In this document: positions 52,889 through 62,203 of the stretch, piece after piece
Position numbering within the stretch: position 1 is the first letter of the stretch
Layout of the letters: each line of letters begins with the position of its first letter
Source of the DNA: an uncultured Nitrospiraceae bacterium
Lineage (GTDB): Bacteria; Nitrospirota; Nitrospiria; Nitrospirales; Nitrospiraceae
Direction: 5' to 3'
Length of the DNA: 64,000 nucleotides
NCBI GenBank assembly: GCA_963706325.1
Contig: CAVPLT010000007.1
Coordinates: 320,001-384,000, forward strand
Made by a program: the position numbers and the translations under genes
The notes under the pieces: generated by a model
Databases searched by the model: none
Told to the model about the DNA's origin: nothing
What the model saw: only the letters and a program-made list of their open reading frames with translations

Positions 52889-52924
52889 CGATACAAATGG
52901 GGCGTGTGCGCCCCATTTGTATCG
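52889..52924. promoter_or_regulatory. Palindromic putative enhancer site 2 (or hairpin)
   Basis: CGATACAAATGGGGCG-TGTG-CGCCCCATTTGTATCG. The core ATGGGGCG-N4-CGCCCCAT matches site 1. Confidence 0.6.
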
Positions 52925-53008
52925 ACTGGGAGTGTATTGTCAAAAATAATGGCTGCATTTGCCGACTTTCTCCTGAGGCGAAATGAGGAACAAGAGTTGC
53001 TCTAGTCT

Positions 53009-53023
53009 TGGCTGTCTTTATGC
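53009..53023 (+). promoter_or_regulatory. Putative sigma54 -24/-12 promoter
   Basis: TGGCTGTCTTTATGC has GG(53010-11)-N10-GC(53022-23). It lies downstream of a GAFTGA activator gene and the two palindromes. Confidence 0.6.
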
Positions 53024-53063
53024 GTCCAGTGATGACGCGGCTGTATGTCATCCATCGAGTTCA

Positions 53064-53256
53064 AGGACGTGGAGAAGGAAGGACCGGCCTCCTGACTTGT
53101 CCACTCCATGAGGGTGCAGGTCTTCGGACCTGCACCGTAAAAACAGTGCAGTTGTTGTGTGTGAGGACGTGGAGAAGGAAGGACCGGCCTCCTGACTTTT
53201 CCAGTCCACGATGGTGCAGGCTCCTTGCGGGGCCTGCACCGAACATCTGAGTGCAG
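53064..53256 (+). ncRNA. Candidate tandem structured cis-regulatory RNA (two units of about 90 nt, 100-bp period) in the oxidase leader
   Basis: Identical 35-mer at 53064-53098 and 53164-53198. Each is followed by a GGTGCAGG...CCTGCACC hairpin with a different loop, and then by AGTGCAG. Confidence 0.5.
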
Positions 53257-53295
53257 CCATAGGGCTGATCATGGATTCAAGAGGAGGTAGGTGTA

Positions 53296-56200
53296 ATGAG
53301 ATCGGCACCAAGGAGATTTAGGGTTCACAGTCGGCGGAAGTCGCCGGTTGCCTGGAAGTTGCTTATGGGAGCACTGCTTCCAACCCTGTGTATCGGGATG
53401 GGTTCCGTTGTATTTGCTGGCGAGACCGACGGGCATGCTATGGCGCACAGTCAGCCGGCGTGGGCTGAGCAACTCAAAGGGCAGACCATCGTCGAGGATG
53501 CACAGGAAGGGCATGTCGAGCGGACGGCCATGATGGAGCGGCAACATCAGCGCATCATGGAGAAGATCAACGACCAGCTCACGCATGATTCCAACAATCA
53601 GCGCACGGGCGGCATGTACAACAACGTGAACATGTTGCACCAGTACGGAGCCGGGGCCCAAGACATGTTGTTGATGTCGAATAGCGGCGCAGAGCCGGTG
53701 TCGTCGTTGGGTGGGCGCTGTCCAGCCAGTGCGCCGGTGCGAAGCTACGACGTCTCGGCCATCAATGTTGAGATTACTTTGAATATGTGGCTGGATTACT
53801 ATCCGGGCTATATGTACGCCTTGACCGAATCCCTTGAGAAGGTCCGCGCTGAAGAGACCAAGAACCGTGAAGCGCGAGACAAAGAAGGCTACGATCCAGG
53901 CGCCGTGACGAACGGCGTGCAGAATCAGTGGATTCAACCATTGGTGCTGCGCGGTAACCAGGGCGATTGCGTGAAGCTCACGCTCCGCAACCAGCTGGAG
54001 GGTGACGAAGAAGTCAGTTTGAACATCCACGGATCCAGCATGATCATCTCGTCCACGGGTCAGCCTGCGACGACCACGAATCCCGACAGCATCGCGCCGA
54101 AGGGAAAGGCCGTGGAGATGGAATGGTATATTCCGCCCACGCAGCAGGAAGGCAGCCGCCAATTCCATTCCTACAGCAACGATCGTGAGTTGACCGTGAT
54201 GGGATTGTTCGGTTCGTTCGTGATCGAGCCGAGGGGGTCGGAATATCTGGAGCCGTTGGGAACCGGCGATCCGATGCCGGCCAAGAGTGGATGGCAGGCC
54301 ATCATCAAGAACGGCGCCGGTCCGGACTTTCGTGAATTCGTCCTCTTTTATCATGAGGTCGGAGATGAAGCGTTTCGTCCCTTGAACAAAAAGGGCGACT
54401 TCATTCCGCAACGGGATCCGCTGACCGACGTCTATCGGCCGGTGGCGCGCGCGCTGAATTATCGCAGCGAGCCGTTCGGCGTGGACAACATGCAGACCCA
54501 GCATGAATATTTCGGGTTCGAGGATGAATCGATGGCCTACAGCGCCTATACGTTCGGCGATCCCGCCACGACGATTCCTCGCAGCTATCTGGGTGACCCG
54601 GCAAAGTTCCGCTTGGTGCACGGTGGTTCCGAAGTGTTCCACTCTCACCATCCGCACGGTGGATCCATCCGTTGGCCGCGGAGCCCGCGGGCGATCGATG
54701 AAATGCCGCTCTGGCATGCGGCGAAGAACGGCCCCGTGAAGTACCCGGTCATCCGGATGAAGTCCGATCGTGTCGACGTGGAAGTGATCGGCCCATCAGA
54801 GACCATGGACTTGGAGACGGAGTGCGGCTCCGGACTCTGTCAGCAATTGGCCGGAGATTTTCTGTTCCATTGCCACGTCGCCCATCACTACATCGCGGGA
54901 ATGTGGGGCTATTGGCGTGTCTACAACACCATTCAGCAAGGGGCGAATCACAATGACGTGATGCCGGACTTGTTGGAGTTGCCGGACCGCAAGGGCCGCA
55001 TCAAGACAGGGGTGACGTCCGATGAGCTGATCGGCAAGACCGTCGATTGGTTCGGGAAGCAGTTCAAGATCATTGAGAAAGGCAAGACCGATTGGAAGGC
55101 GGACCCCGCTATCGTGACGCTGAAAGATTGGGTCGACATGCAGTTCCCACCCCAAGGGCTGCCTGGCCATAAGAAAGATGAGCGGGACCAGACGCGTTCC
55201 TATGATGCCAGCGTGTTGAACTGGGGCTGGCAGGGTACACGCGCGGTGACCGAGCCTGAGAACACCGTGCCGAATCCACGATATCAGTCGGCCCATCCCG
55301 GCGAGCGTCTGCCGATCGTGTTCGAGCCGTTGACCGGCAAGGTGTCGTGGCCTCATCTGAAGCCACATTTCGGGCGCCGCGTGCCCTTTTCAAAGAACCA
55401 CAATCCATCTCCCTGGCTGGAGATGATCCACTTGGAGGAAGATGGATTGCCGAGTTCTTACCCGGCTAAGCCGGGTGAGAACGGGCGTTGGAGCCTGTGT
55501 CCTGAAAATGCCGGATCCAAGAAATACAACGTGCACTTCATCCATACGCCGATGAAGTTGGCCGATAAGCAGGGCGACACGCCTGCGATCGAAGATCCGG
55601 GTGGACTGATCTATGTCTTGCACGAAGAGGAAGCCGCCATCAGGAAGAACAACGACCTGAAGTATCCGTTGGTCGTGCGGTCCAACATCTATGACTGCGT
55701 CGACTGGATGTTGACCAGTGAATGGGAAGACGACGATCACTCGAACTTCCACTCGTCGAAGGTCAACACCCATTGGCACTTCCTGCAGTTCGACAATCAA
55801 TCGTCGGACGGGGTGATCACCGGGTTCTCGAACGAACAATCGGTGCGTCCGTTCACGATGCTCGAGAAGAAAACGGACAAGGGATTGCCGTTGCCCTTGA
55901 ACACCACCTTCACGAAGGCGGGAAAAAAGGGCGATCGAGTCATCACCGTCAAGAATGCCGCGCAGTACCATCCTGAGGTGGAAATCCTGATCGGCGCGGA
56001 TAATGTCGGCGGCAATGAGATCGGACGGGTCAAGTCGATCAAGGGAAATGAAATCACCCTTCTTCGTCCCTTGAAGCACGATCATCCCGTGAAGGATATC
56101 GTGACGGTCGAGTTCGTCAGACAGCGATTCTGGGTCGATGCCGATGTGGGGACGGTGTTCTGGCACGACCATGCGCTGGGTCGGATCACGTGGGGTCACG

Positions 56201-58179
56201 GCGGCTTCGGCACGATGATCGTCGAGCCGGTCGGGTCCACGTACCACAATCCGAAGACCGGGCAACCGATCCGAAGTGGTCCGCTGGCGGACATTCGGAC
56301 CGTCGAACCGGTGGGCTATGGGGTGAACGGCAGTTTCCGTGAGCTCATGGTCCAGTTGAATGACAGCGTGCCGCATACGGTTAATATCGTGACGGCAGGC
56401 AATCCGCCTGGCCAGCCGATTGAAATCGGGCTTGAGGCGGGCAAGACCGTCTCTTTCCCTATGCCTGAGCACATTCCGATGACTCCGATGGCATTTCTGA
56501 ACGGCGGCACGCATACGACCGGAGGCAGCCTGAATTTCCGAGCCGAGCCGATTATCGGCCGTCTCAAGGCGAACCCGGACTCGTCGTTGATCTTCAGTAG
56601 CGCCGCGCATGGCGATCCTTACACGCCGCTGTTGCGCGCATACCTTGGCGATACGATCGTCTTCAGGTTGCTCCAAACTATGACCAACGAGACAATGGTT
56701 TGGACGCTGTCCGGTCATACCTTTTTGACCGAGCGCTACGCAGGTGACGCCAACCGGAAGAACTCCATCCATATCGGAATCGCCGAGCGCTACGATTTGG
56801 TGGTGCCGCAAGCCGGCGGGCCGAGGCTGCAAGCGGGCGACTACATTCATTTTAACGGTCGCGCGTCGAAGTTCTCTGAAGGGGCCTGGGGCATTGTGCG
56901 GGTTCTGGATAAAGATGTGCCGGATCTACAGAAATTACCATCCGGCTACAGCGGCCGAAATGTCATTCCGAAGTCACCGGAAGTGTGTCCATCTGATGCG
57001 CCGGTGAAGACATTCAACGTCGTGTCGATCGACTTCCCGTCGATGAAGTTGAACCCGAGGGCGCCGGACGCCATCGAGGTCGATTTCGAGCGGACGATTC
57101 AAATGGTCAATCCAGACGCCAAGATTTATACCTTGGAGGAGGACGCGGCCTCAGTGGCATCCGGTGTACAGCCGATGCCGCTGACGATTCGGGCCAATGT
57201 GGGAGACTGCCTTAAGATCAGGTTGACCAATAAGATGAAGGAGGGCCGCGCCTCTTTCTCAGCCATCGGGCTGGCGTTCGATCCGAAGGATTCTCTCGGA
57301 GCGAACGTCGGCAATAATCCCGGCGATCAAACGATCGCGCCGGGCGAAAGCCGCGTCTATACGTACTATGCCGATCCATTCCTGGGAGAGACGGCTTCTC
57401 TGGTGTGGGATTGGGGTAACGTCATGACCAATCCGCGCAACGGACTGTTCGGCGGGATCGTGATCGGTCCGAAGGGAGCGACCTATCGCGACCCGAAGAC
57501 CGGTGCGGATATTTCCAACAAGAACAGCTGGATCGCTGACGTCATCGTCAACCGAACGATTCAGGGCTACGAAAATCGTAAGAATTACCGCGATGTGGCA
57601 TTGTTCTTCCAGGATGAAGACAACATCATCGGGACGAGCTTCATGCCCTATGTGCAGAACACGGCAGGATTGACGGCCGTCAATTATCGGTCGGAACCCT
57701 ATAAGTTCCGTGAAGAATCCGGTTGCACCCTCGGCAGGGTATTCCAGCCCTGTTCGGTCGATAAGCCGGAAAGCATCGCTACGCCACTCATCGAGGCGCA
57801 TGCGGGAGATCCCGTACGCATCCATGTCTTCGGCGCGAGCAATGAACAGAACGGCATGTTCAGCGTGGAGAAACATGAATGGCCGATCGAGCCCTTCATG
57901 CCCGGCGCCGACCAGATCAGTGTCGTGGAATTCTCGGGATCCGAGACGTTGGACGCCTTCATCCCAGCGGCCGGCGGAAGCTTCCGCTTGCCGGGTGATT
58001 ACGTCTGGAGCAACCAGCGATTGCCGTATGCGCAATCCGGCCAGTGGGGCCTGCTCAAGGTCCTTCCGTCTGAGGATCAACGGATCCTTCCGTTGACCCA
58101 GCATGGGTCATCGGCAAAGCGAGCGGAGTCAGAGCAGGGAGAGGGCAGGGTGTCTCGCACCTCCACCTCCATGCAGTAG
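53296..58179 (+). CDS. Large secreted multicopper oxidase, MnxG-like
   Basis: Signal region. Cu motifs HSHHPHG, FHCHVAHHYIAGM (T1), THWHF and FWHDH, plus degenerate cupredoxin repeats (PLVLRGNQGDCV, PLTIRANVGDC). GAGGAGG RBS. Confidence 0.88.
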   Translation: MRSAPRRFRVHSRRKSPVAWKLLMGALLPTLCIGMGSVVFAGETDGHAMAHSQPAWAEQLKGQTIVEDAQEGHVERTAMMERQHQRIMEKINDQLTHDSNNQRTGGMYNNVNMLHQYGAGAQDMLLMSNSGAEPVSSLGGRCPASAPVRSYDVSAINVEITLNMWLDYYPGYMYALTESLEKVRAEETKNREARDKEGYDPGAVTNGVQNQWIQPLVLRGNQGDCVKLTLRNQLEGDEEVSLNIHGSSMIISSTGQPATTTNPDSIAPKGKAVEMEWYIPPTQQEGSRQFHSYSNDRELTVMGLFGSFVIEPRGSEYLEPLGTGDPMPAKSGWQAIIKNGAGPDFREFVLFYHEVGDEAFRPLNKKGDFIPQRDPLTDVYRPVARALNYRSEPFGVDNMQTQHEYFGFEDESMAYSAYTFGDPATTIPRSYLGDPAKFRLVHGGSEVFHSHHPHGGSIRWPRSPRAIDEMPLWHAAKNGPVKYPVIRMKSDRVDVEVIGPSETMDLETECGSGLCQQLAGDFLFHCHVAHHYIAGMWGYWRVYNTIQQGANHNDVMPDLLELPDRKGRIKTGVTSDELIGKTVDWFGKQFKIIEKGKTDWKADPAIVTLKDWVDMQFPPQGLPGHKKDERDQTRSYDASVLNWGWQGTRAVTEPENTVPNPRYQSAHPGERLPIVFEPLTGKVSWPHLKPHFGRRVPFSKNHNPSPWLEMIHLEEDGLPSSYPAKPGENGRWSLCPENAGSKKYNVHFIHTPMKLADKQGDTPAIEDPGGLIYVLHEEEAAIRKNNDLKYPLVVRSNIYDCVDWMLTSEWEDDDHSNFHSSKVNTHWHFLQFDNQSSDGVITGFSNEQSVRPFTMLEKKTDKGLPLPLNTTFTKAGKKGDRVITVKNAAQYHPEVEILIGADNVGGNEIGRVKSIKGNEITLLRPLKHDHPVKDIVTVEFVRQRFWVDADVGTVFWHDHALGRITWGHGGFGTMIVEPVGSTYHNPKTGQPIRSGPLADIRTVEPVGYGVNGSFRELMVQLNDSVPHTVNIVTAGNPPGQPIEIGLEAGKTVSFPMPEHIPMTPMAFLNGGTHTTGGSLNFRAEPIIGRLKANPDSSLIFSSAAHGDPYTPLLRAYLGDTIVFRLLQTMTNETMVWTLSGHTFLTERYAGDANRKNSIHIGIAERYDLVVPQAGGPRLQAGDYIHFNGRASKFSEGAWGIVRVLDKDVPDLQKLPSGYSGRNVIPKSPEVCPSDAPVKTFNVVSIDFPSMKLNPRAPDAIEVDFERTIQMVNPDAKIYTLEEDAASVASGVQPMPLTIRANVGDCLKIRLTNKMKEGRASFSAIGLAFDPKDSLGANVGNNPGDQTIAPGESRVYTYYADPFLGETASLVWDWGNVMTNPRNGLFGGIVIGPKGATYRDPKTGADISNKNSWIADVIVNRTIQGYENRKNYRDVALFFQDEDNIIGTSFMPYVQNTAGLTAVNYRSEPYKFREESGCTLGRVFQPCSVDKPESIATPLIEAHAGDPVRIHVFGASNEQNGMFSVEKHEWPIEPFMPGADQISVVEFSGSETLDAFIPAAGGSFRLPGDYVWSNQRLPYAQSGQWGLLKVLPSEDQRILPLTQHGSSAKRAESEQGEGRVSRTSTSMQ

Positions 58180-58186
58180 TAGATCG

Positions 58187-58276
58187 GGGCGGCGCCGGTT
58201 TGCCGGCGCCGCCCTGGGAATGCAGTGCCGGTCCTCATCATCAACAGGGGGAGAGCTACGAAGCTCTCCCCCCTGT
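58187..58276 (+). terminator. Two consecutive hairpins after the oxidase gene
   Basis: GGGCGGCGCCGG-TTTG-CCGGCGCCGCCC (58187-58214) and ACAGGGGGAGAGCT-ACGA-AGCTCTCCCCCCTGT (58244-58276), followed by CATTTT. Confidence 0.7.
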
Positions 58277-58536
58277 CATTTTCAGGGGCATGGTCACTCC
58301 GTTGTCGTACAACATCCTCCCAGACGACCTTAGATGAGTCCGTTGGGCAAGTCCGACCTCACGGTTTCGCAGCTGGCTTCAGCGTTCGTCCCTTGCCGGA
58401 TCGGCGGGGCCTGCGCCAGCGTCGATATGCCGAAACTTAGGCTCATGATCGTGATGATCATAAGGCCGGATTCAAATTGCCCTGCAGTAGTGTGCGCCAT
58501 GTGGGGCTCTCACTTTTTTTACCGCATATCTGCGTC

Positions 58537-58965
58537 TTATCGCGTTTGAGACGGACCGGTCATGCCGCCGGGCGGAACCATACCGGGCTTCCCGCCTAGC
58601 TGACTCGGTGTGTGATGCAGTGCGCCTGGCAGCTGGTCCGGCCGGAGGCCTGGTAATCTTCCTTTCAGCGCGGAGCCTAGTGAAACGCAAGTGGAGTCGT
58701 TGCAGCAGGAGATCTGACCCGTCGCGGCGTCGCACATGAACGAGAAGGAACCTCCATGTGCCTGCGCGTTGTCCGCCATGTTCTTACAGGCTTGTGCACC
58801 GGAGGGGTGCTTGGCTGCGAGTTGGTTGAACTTGTCAGAAGAGATGGAACAGGCGGAGGCGCTGTGGGACGGTCTCCGAGGCGCGCTGTGACCGATGTCC
58901 CCCAAGGTAACCGCCAAGGTCACGACCAATGCCGCGAGACAGGTGGGAGTGGGTCGATATCTCAT
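58537..58965 (-). CDS. Small secreted Cys-rich protein with Pro/Gly-rich tail
   Basis: GAGGAG RBS, signal peptide, six Cys in the mature part (ACS, ACK, MCD, SCCN, TCV). Confidence 0.65.
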   Translation of the reverse strand: MRYRPTPTCLAALVVTLAVTLGDIGHSAPRRPSHSASACSISSDKFNQLAAKHPSGAQACKNMADNAQAHGGSFSFMCDAATGQISCCNDSTCVSLGSALKGRLPGLRPDQLPGALHHTPSQLGGKPGMVPPGGMTGPSQTR

Positions 58966-59275
58966 GGACGATCTCCTCTCGGTCATTCTGTTTATCGCGC
59001 TCTATCGCCGCTGTAATGGCCAGCAAGTGCAGCTCTGACTGGCGGCCGGGCAAGAGCTTGGACAGAATGGTGAAAGCAACTGACACTCAGCTACATTGTG
59101 ACAGGAGCATTCCGTCAGCGTGAGCGGCACCTGGTAGCCGCACAGGTTCGGCGGTAGGGGAAGCATGGCGCCCCGGCTCATCGGCACAATTTCACAATGT
59201 TGGCTACCGAGGGGACAAGATCCGGGAAAGAGCGCCGCGAGCGGCTGGCATTCGTGGATGCTGCCCTCGCCATGG

Positions 59276-60034
59276 TTATTTCCCTGCCCTGGCTATGAGT
59301 TCCTTAAGCCCGTTGACGTCCAGTGCACCAGGCACGAGCTCGGTGCCCACGATGAATCCGGGTGTGCCATTGATGCCGAGATTTTTGGCTAACGCGCGGT
59401 TGCGATCGATGACCGCCTGCCATTCTGGACTCGCCATGTCGGCTTCCAAGCGCTTCCGATCCAATCCGACCTCGACCGCTGTGGAGAGAATCGATTCTTT
59501 CGACATTTCGCCTTTGGAGGCCAGCAGCGCTTCGTGAAAAGCCTGGTGCTTGCCTTGGGCATTTGAGGCCAGCGCGGCCTTGGCGGCCAGTTCCGACGCT
59601 TCTCCCAGGATCGGCAAGTCTTTGTAGATAACACGAACCCGCCGGTCCTCTTTCTGCAATTGAGTCACCGCGCCCGCTGCCTTCTTGCAGTAGCCGCAAC
59701 GATAATCAAAAAACTCCACTACTGTAATGTCGCCGGATAAATTCCCGCTCACGGGAGAGGTCGGATCATTGAGCAACTCTTGTTGGTGTTTGGAGAGCGC
59801 CACTTTCTGTCGCTCGCGTTCCTCAGCTTCGCGTTTGGCGTCAAGGGCTTGAAGTGATTGTTCAATCACCTCGGGGTGGGTCTTGATGTACTGCTCGATG
59901 AGTTGTTCCATCGACTGACGCATGGACGGTTCCAGGGTTGTATCTCCCGCATTCACATCGATGGGCAGGCACATTGCCAGCGAGGCAAGCGTGATGGCAG
60001 CAAAGGGTACAGCATTTCGTCCGCAGGATTTCAT
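59276..60034 (-). CDS. DsbA-family thiol-disulfide oxidoreductase, ScsC-like
   Basis: N-terminal YIKTHPEVIEQSL helix, EFFDYRCGYCK, cis-Pro loop GTPGF. GGAGG RBS before ATG 60034. Confidence 0.92.
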   Translation of the reverse strand: MKSCGRNAVPFAAITLASLAMCLPIDVNAGDTTLEPSMRQSMEQLIEQYIKTHPEVIEQSLQALDAKREAEERERQKVALSKHQQELLNDPTSPVSGNLSGDITVVEFFDYRCGYCKKAAGAVTQLQKEDRRVRVIYKDLPILGEASELAAKAALASNAQGKHQAFHEALLASKGEMSKESILSTAVEVGLDRKRLEADMASPEWQAVIDRNRALAKNLGINGTPGFIVGTELVPGALDVNGLKELIARAGK

Positions 60035-60486
60035 CCGGCCTCCAGTATGGTTGAAGGTATGCTTATTTATAGTTCGGTAATTGTATTTCCTCTGTCGTTG
60101 CGTCCCGTTGAAAGGTTCAGGTGAATGGACATGCATGTCTACTTCTTCAGGCATGGTAGACGGTTCCAACACACGTCCGGTATTTGCGCGAACGTCTGGC
60201 CTCATGCAGCGCATCATTCCGGGCCTAGAGCTGACGATTGCGACAGTGCCTGTTATCGAATAGGGATGCATGACACGTACGTCGTGGAATGTAGGCCGAC
60301 GGTTCAAGTTTAATTGGGTATGAATCGAGAGGAGAGGAACTGTGCTGACTCGTTGAAGCATCACGTAGGATCTCCCCGTGCCGCACGGGACGGGCCTTTA
60401 CGCCCCGTCCTTCGAGACGGCTGGAGCATACGCAACGGCACGCCTCTGGGTCAACCACGTAATCAAAGAATACGGCTATTGTTGCA

Positions 60487-60954
60487 TCAGAACCGACGAA
60501 CCGCCTTCTGCGCCAAGGCCTTCAACTTCTCCTCGTCGCCGGCGGTTTCACGGATTGAGAGTTTCACGGTGGTGTTACCCTTCTTGATGAAGAGATTCAC
60601 GTAATTAATCCCATGCATGCCTCGATCCATAAATGCATCGTCGCCGAGACCCTTCATGGGGACAGGATGTTTGGAAACCTTTCGCCCTCGATTGATGGCG
60701 TCGGCTGGAAACACCCAGACCTCTATGAGATCCTTGCCGTTGGCGGACTCGTAGTTACACCAGGCGGCATCGCCTTCCTTGTCGCCCGTTGGCTTGCCCT
60801 TCAATGGGCCGACGGCCTGCTCCACCTCTGCCGTTGTCAGGATGCTGCAAGGTTCGACTTTCGGTGGATCGGCGAAGGTCGGCGTCACCGCGAGTGAAAA
60901 AGCGATCCAAAGGCACGCGCGCAGACCTGTCCAGCGGGGAGAAATATGAGACAT
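60487..60954 (-). CDS. Hypothetical secreted protein (DUF3558-like pattern)
   Basis: Signal peptide, PCSILTTAEVEQAVG...CNY...GLGDDAF...LKALAQKAV. GAAAGGA RBS. Confidence 0.7.
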   Translation of the reverse strand: MSHISPRWTGLRACLWIAFSLAVTPTFADPPKVEPCSILTTAEVEQAVGPLKGKPTGDKEGDAAWCNYESANGKDLIEVWVFPADAINRGRKVSKHPVPMKGLGDDAFMDRGMHGINYVNLFIKKGNTTVKLSIRETAGDEEKLKALAQKAVRRF

Positions 60955-61082
60955 AATGTTCCTTTCTTATTTAAGACGATTGCTGCCTTTGAACGGCTAT
61001 CCTCAAGCCTCTTAAGAAATGTGTCAAGGCCATGGATCATCGGCGCAAGGTAGGCGACTCATAGTGAAGATCTGCCCGCAGG

Positions 61083-61616
61083 TTGACTGCCATCTTGCAC
61101 AAGCCGGTCCTCAGTGAATTGCTGGTTTTCGTACACGCCTCGTGCGGTCCAGTTGGACGACTGGTTTCGATGTGGCACCTGACCTTGTTGTCTGTGGCCT
61201 GGATGGGAGAGGAGCCGCCTTATGTCGTCCAGCTGTCCTCGGCGGATACCTCGCATCGTGTGCTGATCGAAAAGGAAGGCGTCCAAGCGCAGCGCATTCG
61301 CTTGCCTATTCCTGACCGGGAGCTGCGAGACGGGTTTTTGCGCCTCACCGTTCGCGACAGCATCGGCCAGGAGGTTGAAGCCGTTTTCGAGCTCATCCCG
61401 CGGGGCCTTGTGCCTTCCCCAGACCGGACGTGGAAGCAATCGGAAGTGCCGGATAACATTCATGTGCTCTTGCAGGCAGATTTATTGGTGAAACGGGATC
61501 CCGGCCGGTGGAGTTATCAAGCCTATCAATCGGTGGAGCCTCTTGCGGACTCATTCGAACCCGCGCACTGGTTGCGGGATTGTTTGGAGGACGGCTCCTG
61601 GTGCTATCGGCAGTAG
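61083..61616 (+). CDS. Hypothetical protein
   Basis: 177-aa ORF with protein-like composition. Start uncertain. Confidence 0.5.
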   Translation: MTAILHKPVLSELLVFVHASCGPVGRLVSMWHLTLLSVAWMGEEPPYVVQLSSADTSHRVLIEKEGVQAQRIRLPIPDRELRDGFLRLTVRDSIGQEVEAVFELIPRGLVPSPDRTWKQSEVPDNIHVLLQADLLVKRDPGRWSYQAYQSVEPLADSFEPAHWLRDCLEDGSWCYRQ

Positions 61617-61753
61617 GCAGAGGGTGCAGGGATTTCGGCCTTGTTCAGGCCGTCGCGCCTTGGAGAAACAATTGAGAGGGAGGCAATATCGCCACCCTTG
61701 TGGTTGGAGTCTTTTTTCACTGCTACTGGACAAGCGTTCCGTGAAGGCACATC

Positions 61754-62044
61754 TCAGTTTGCCGGGTCAGTGGGAAGTTTGACCATCCTGATAATTTTTC
61801 CTGCTTCGTTGAGCTCGTAGGTCACATGGTCGCCGATGGCAATATTCTGCAGCCATCGCCGGTCGACCGCCGCAAAGAGGCGTGATTCTCCGCTTGGCAG
61901 GCGCAACGTTACGGACGATGAATCCTGATCAATGGATACCACCGTGCCGCCGAGGAGGAGAATTTCTGCGGAACTTTCGGTCGCAGCGATTCCTGTTACA
62001 GGCCAGAAGGTGAACAGCATGACGATCAAAAGCGGTGTGTTCAT
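61754..62044 (-). CDS. Small secreted OB-fold-like protein
   Basis: Signal peptide, GTVVSIDQ...VTLR...NIAIGDHVTYEL. AAGGA RBS. Confidence 0.65.
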   Translation of the reverse strand: MNTPLLIVMLFTFWPVTGIAATESSAEILLLGGTVVSIDQDSSSVTLRLPSGESRLFAAVDRRWLQNIAIGDHVTYELNEAGKIIRMVKLPTDPAN

Positions 62045-62203
62045 ATCCTTTACTATACCGAGGGGCCGTCACCTGTCAAAGCCAGGATTTTTTCCTTGAG
62101 AGAATAAACCGACCGCGTCTTTCGAAACCCACCTCAGCCTTGGATTTTACGGTTGCGCTACCCCTGCCATCACTTTATGTTGAAAGGCCTAAGCAGGACA
62201 CAA

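Noticed and set aside
53064..53198. 35-bp direct repeat as a mini CRISPR array
   Set aside because: There are only two copies, the sequences following them are homologous to each other rather than unique spacers, and no cas genes are in the window.
53269..58104. Long minus-strand ORFs (482, 486 and 281 aa) opposite the oxidase
   Set aside because: They are antisense shadows of a GC-biased gene with no recognisable motifs. The same applies to the shadows over mdtBC, fliC and the TonB receptor.
59276..60364. 362-aa version of the DsbA gene
   Set aside because: The RBS and signal peptide support ATG 60034, and the upstream extension is not protein-like.
61754..62044. CusF-type copper chaperone call
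   Set aside because: The fold pattern is similar, but the His/Met/Met/Trp metal ligands are not evident.
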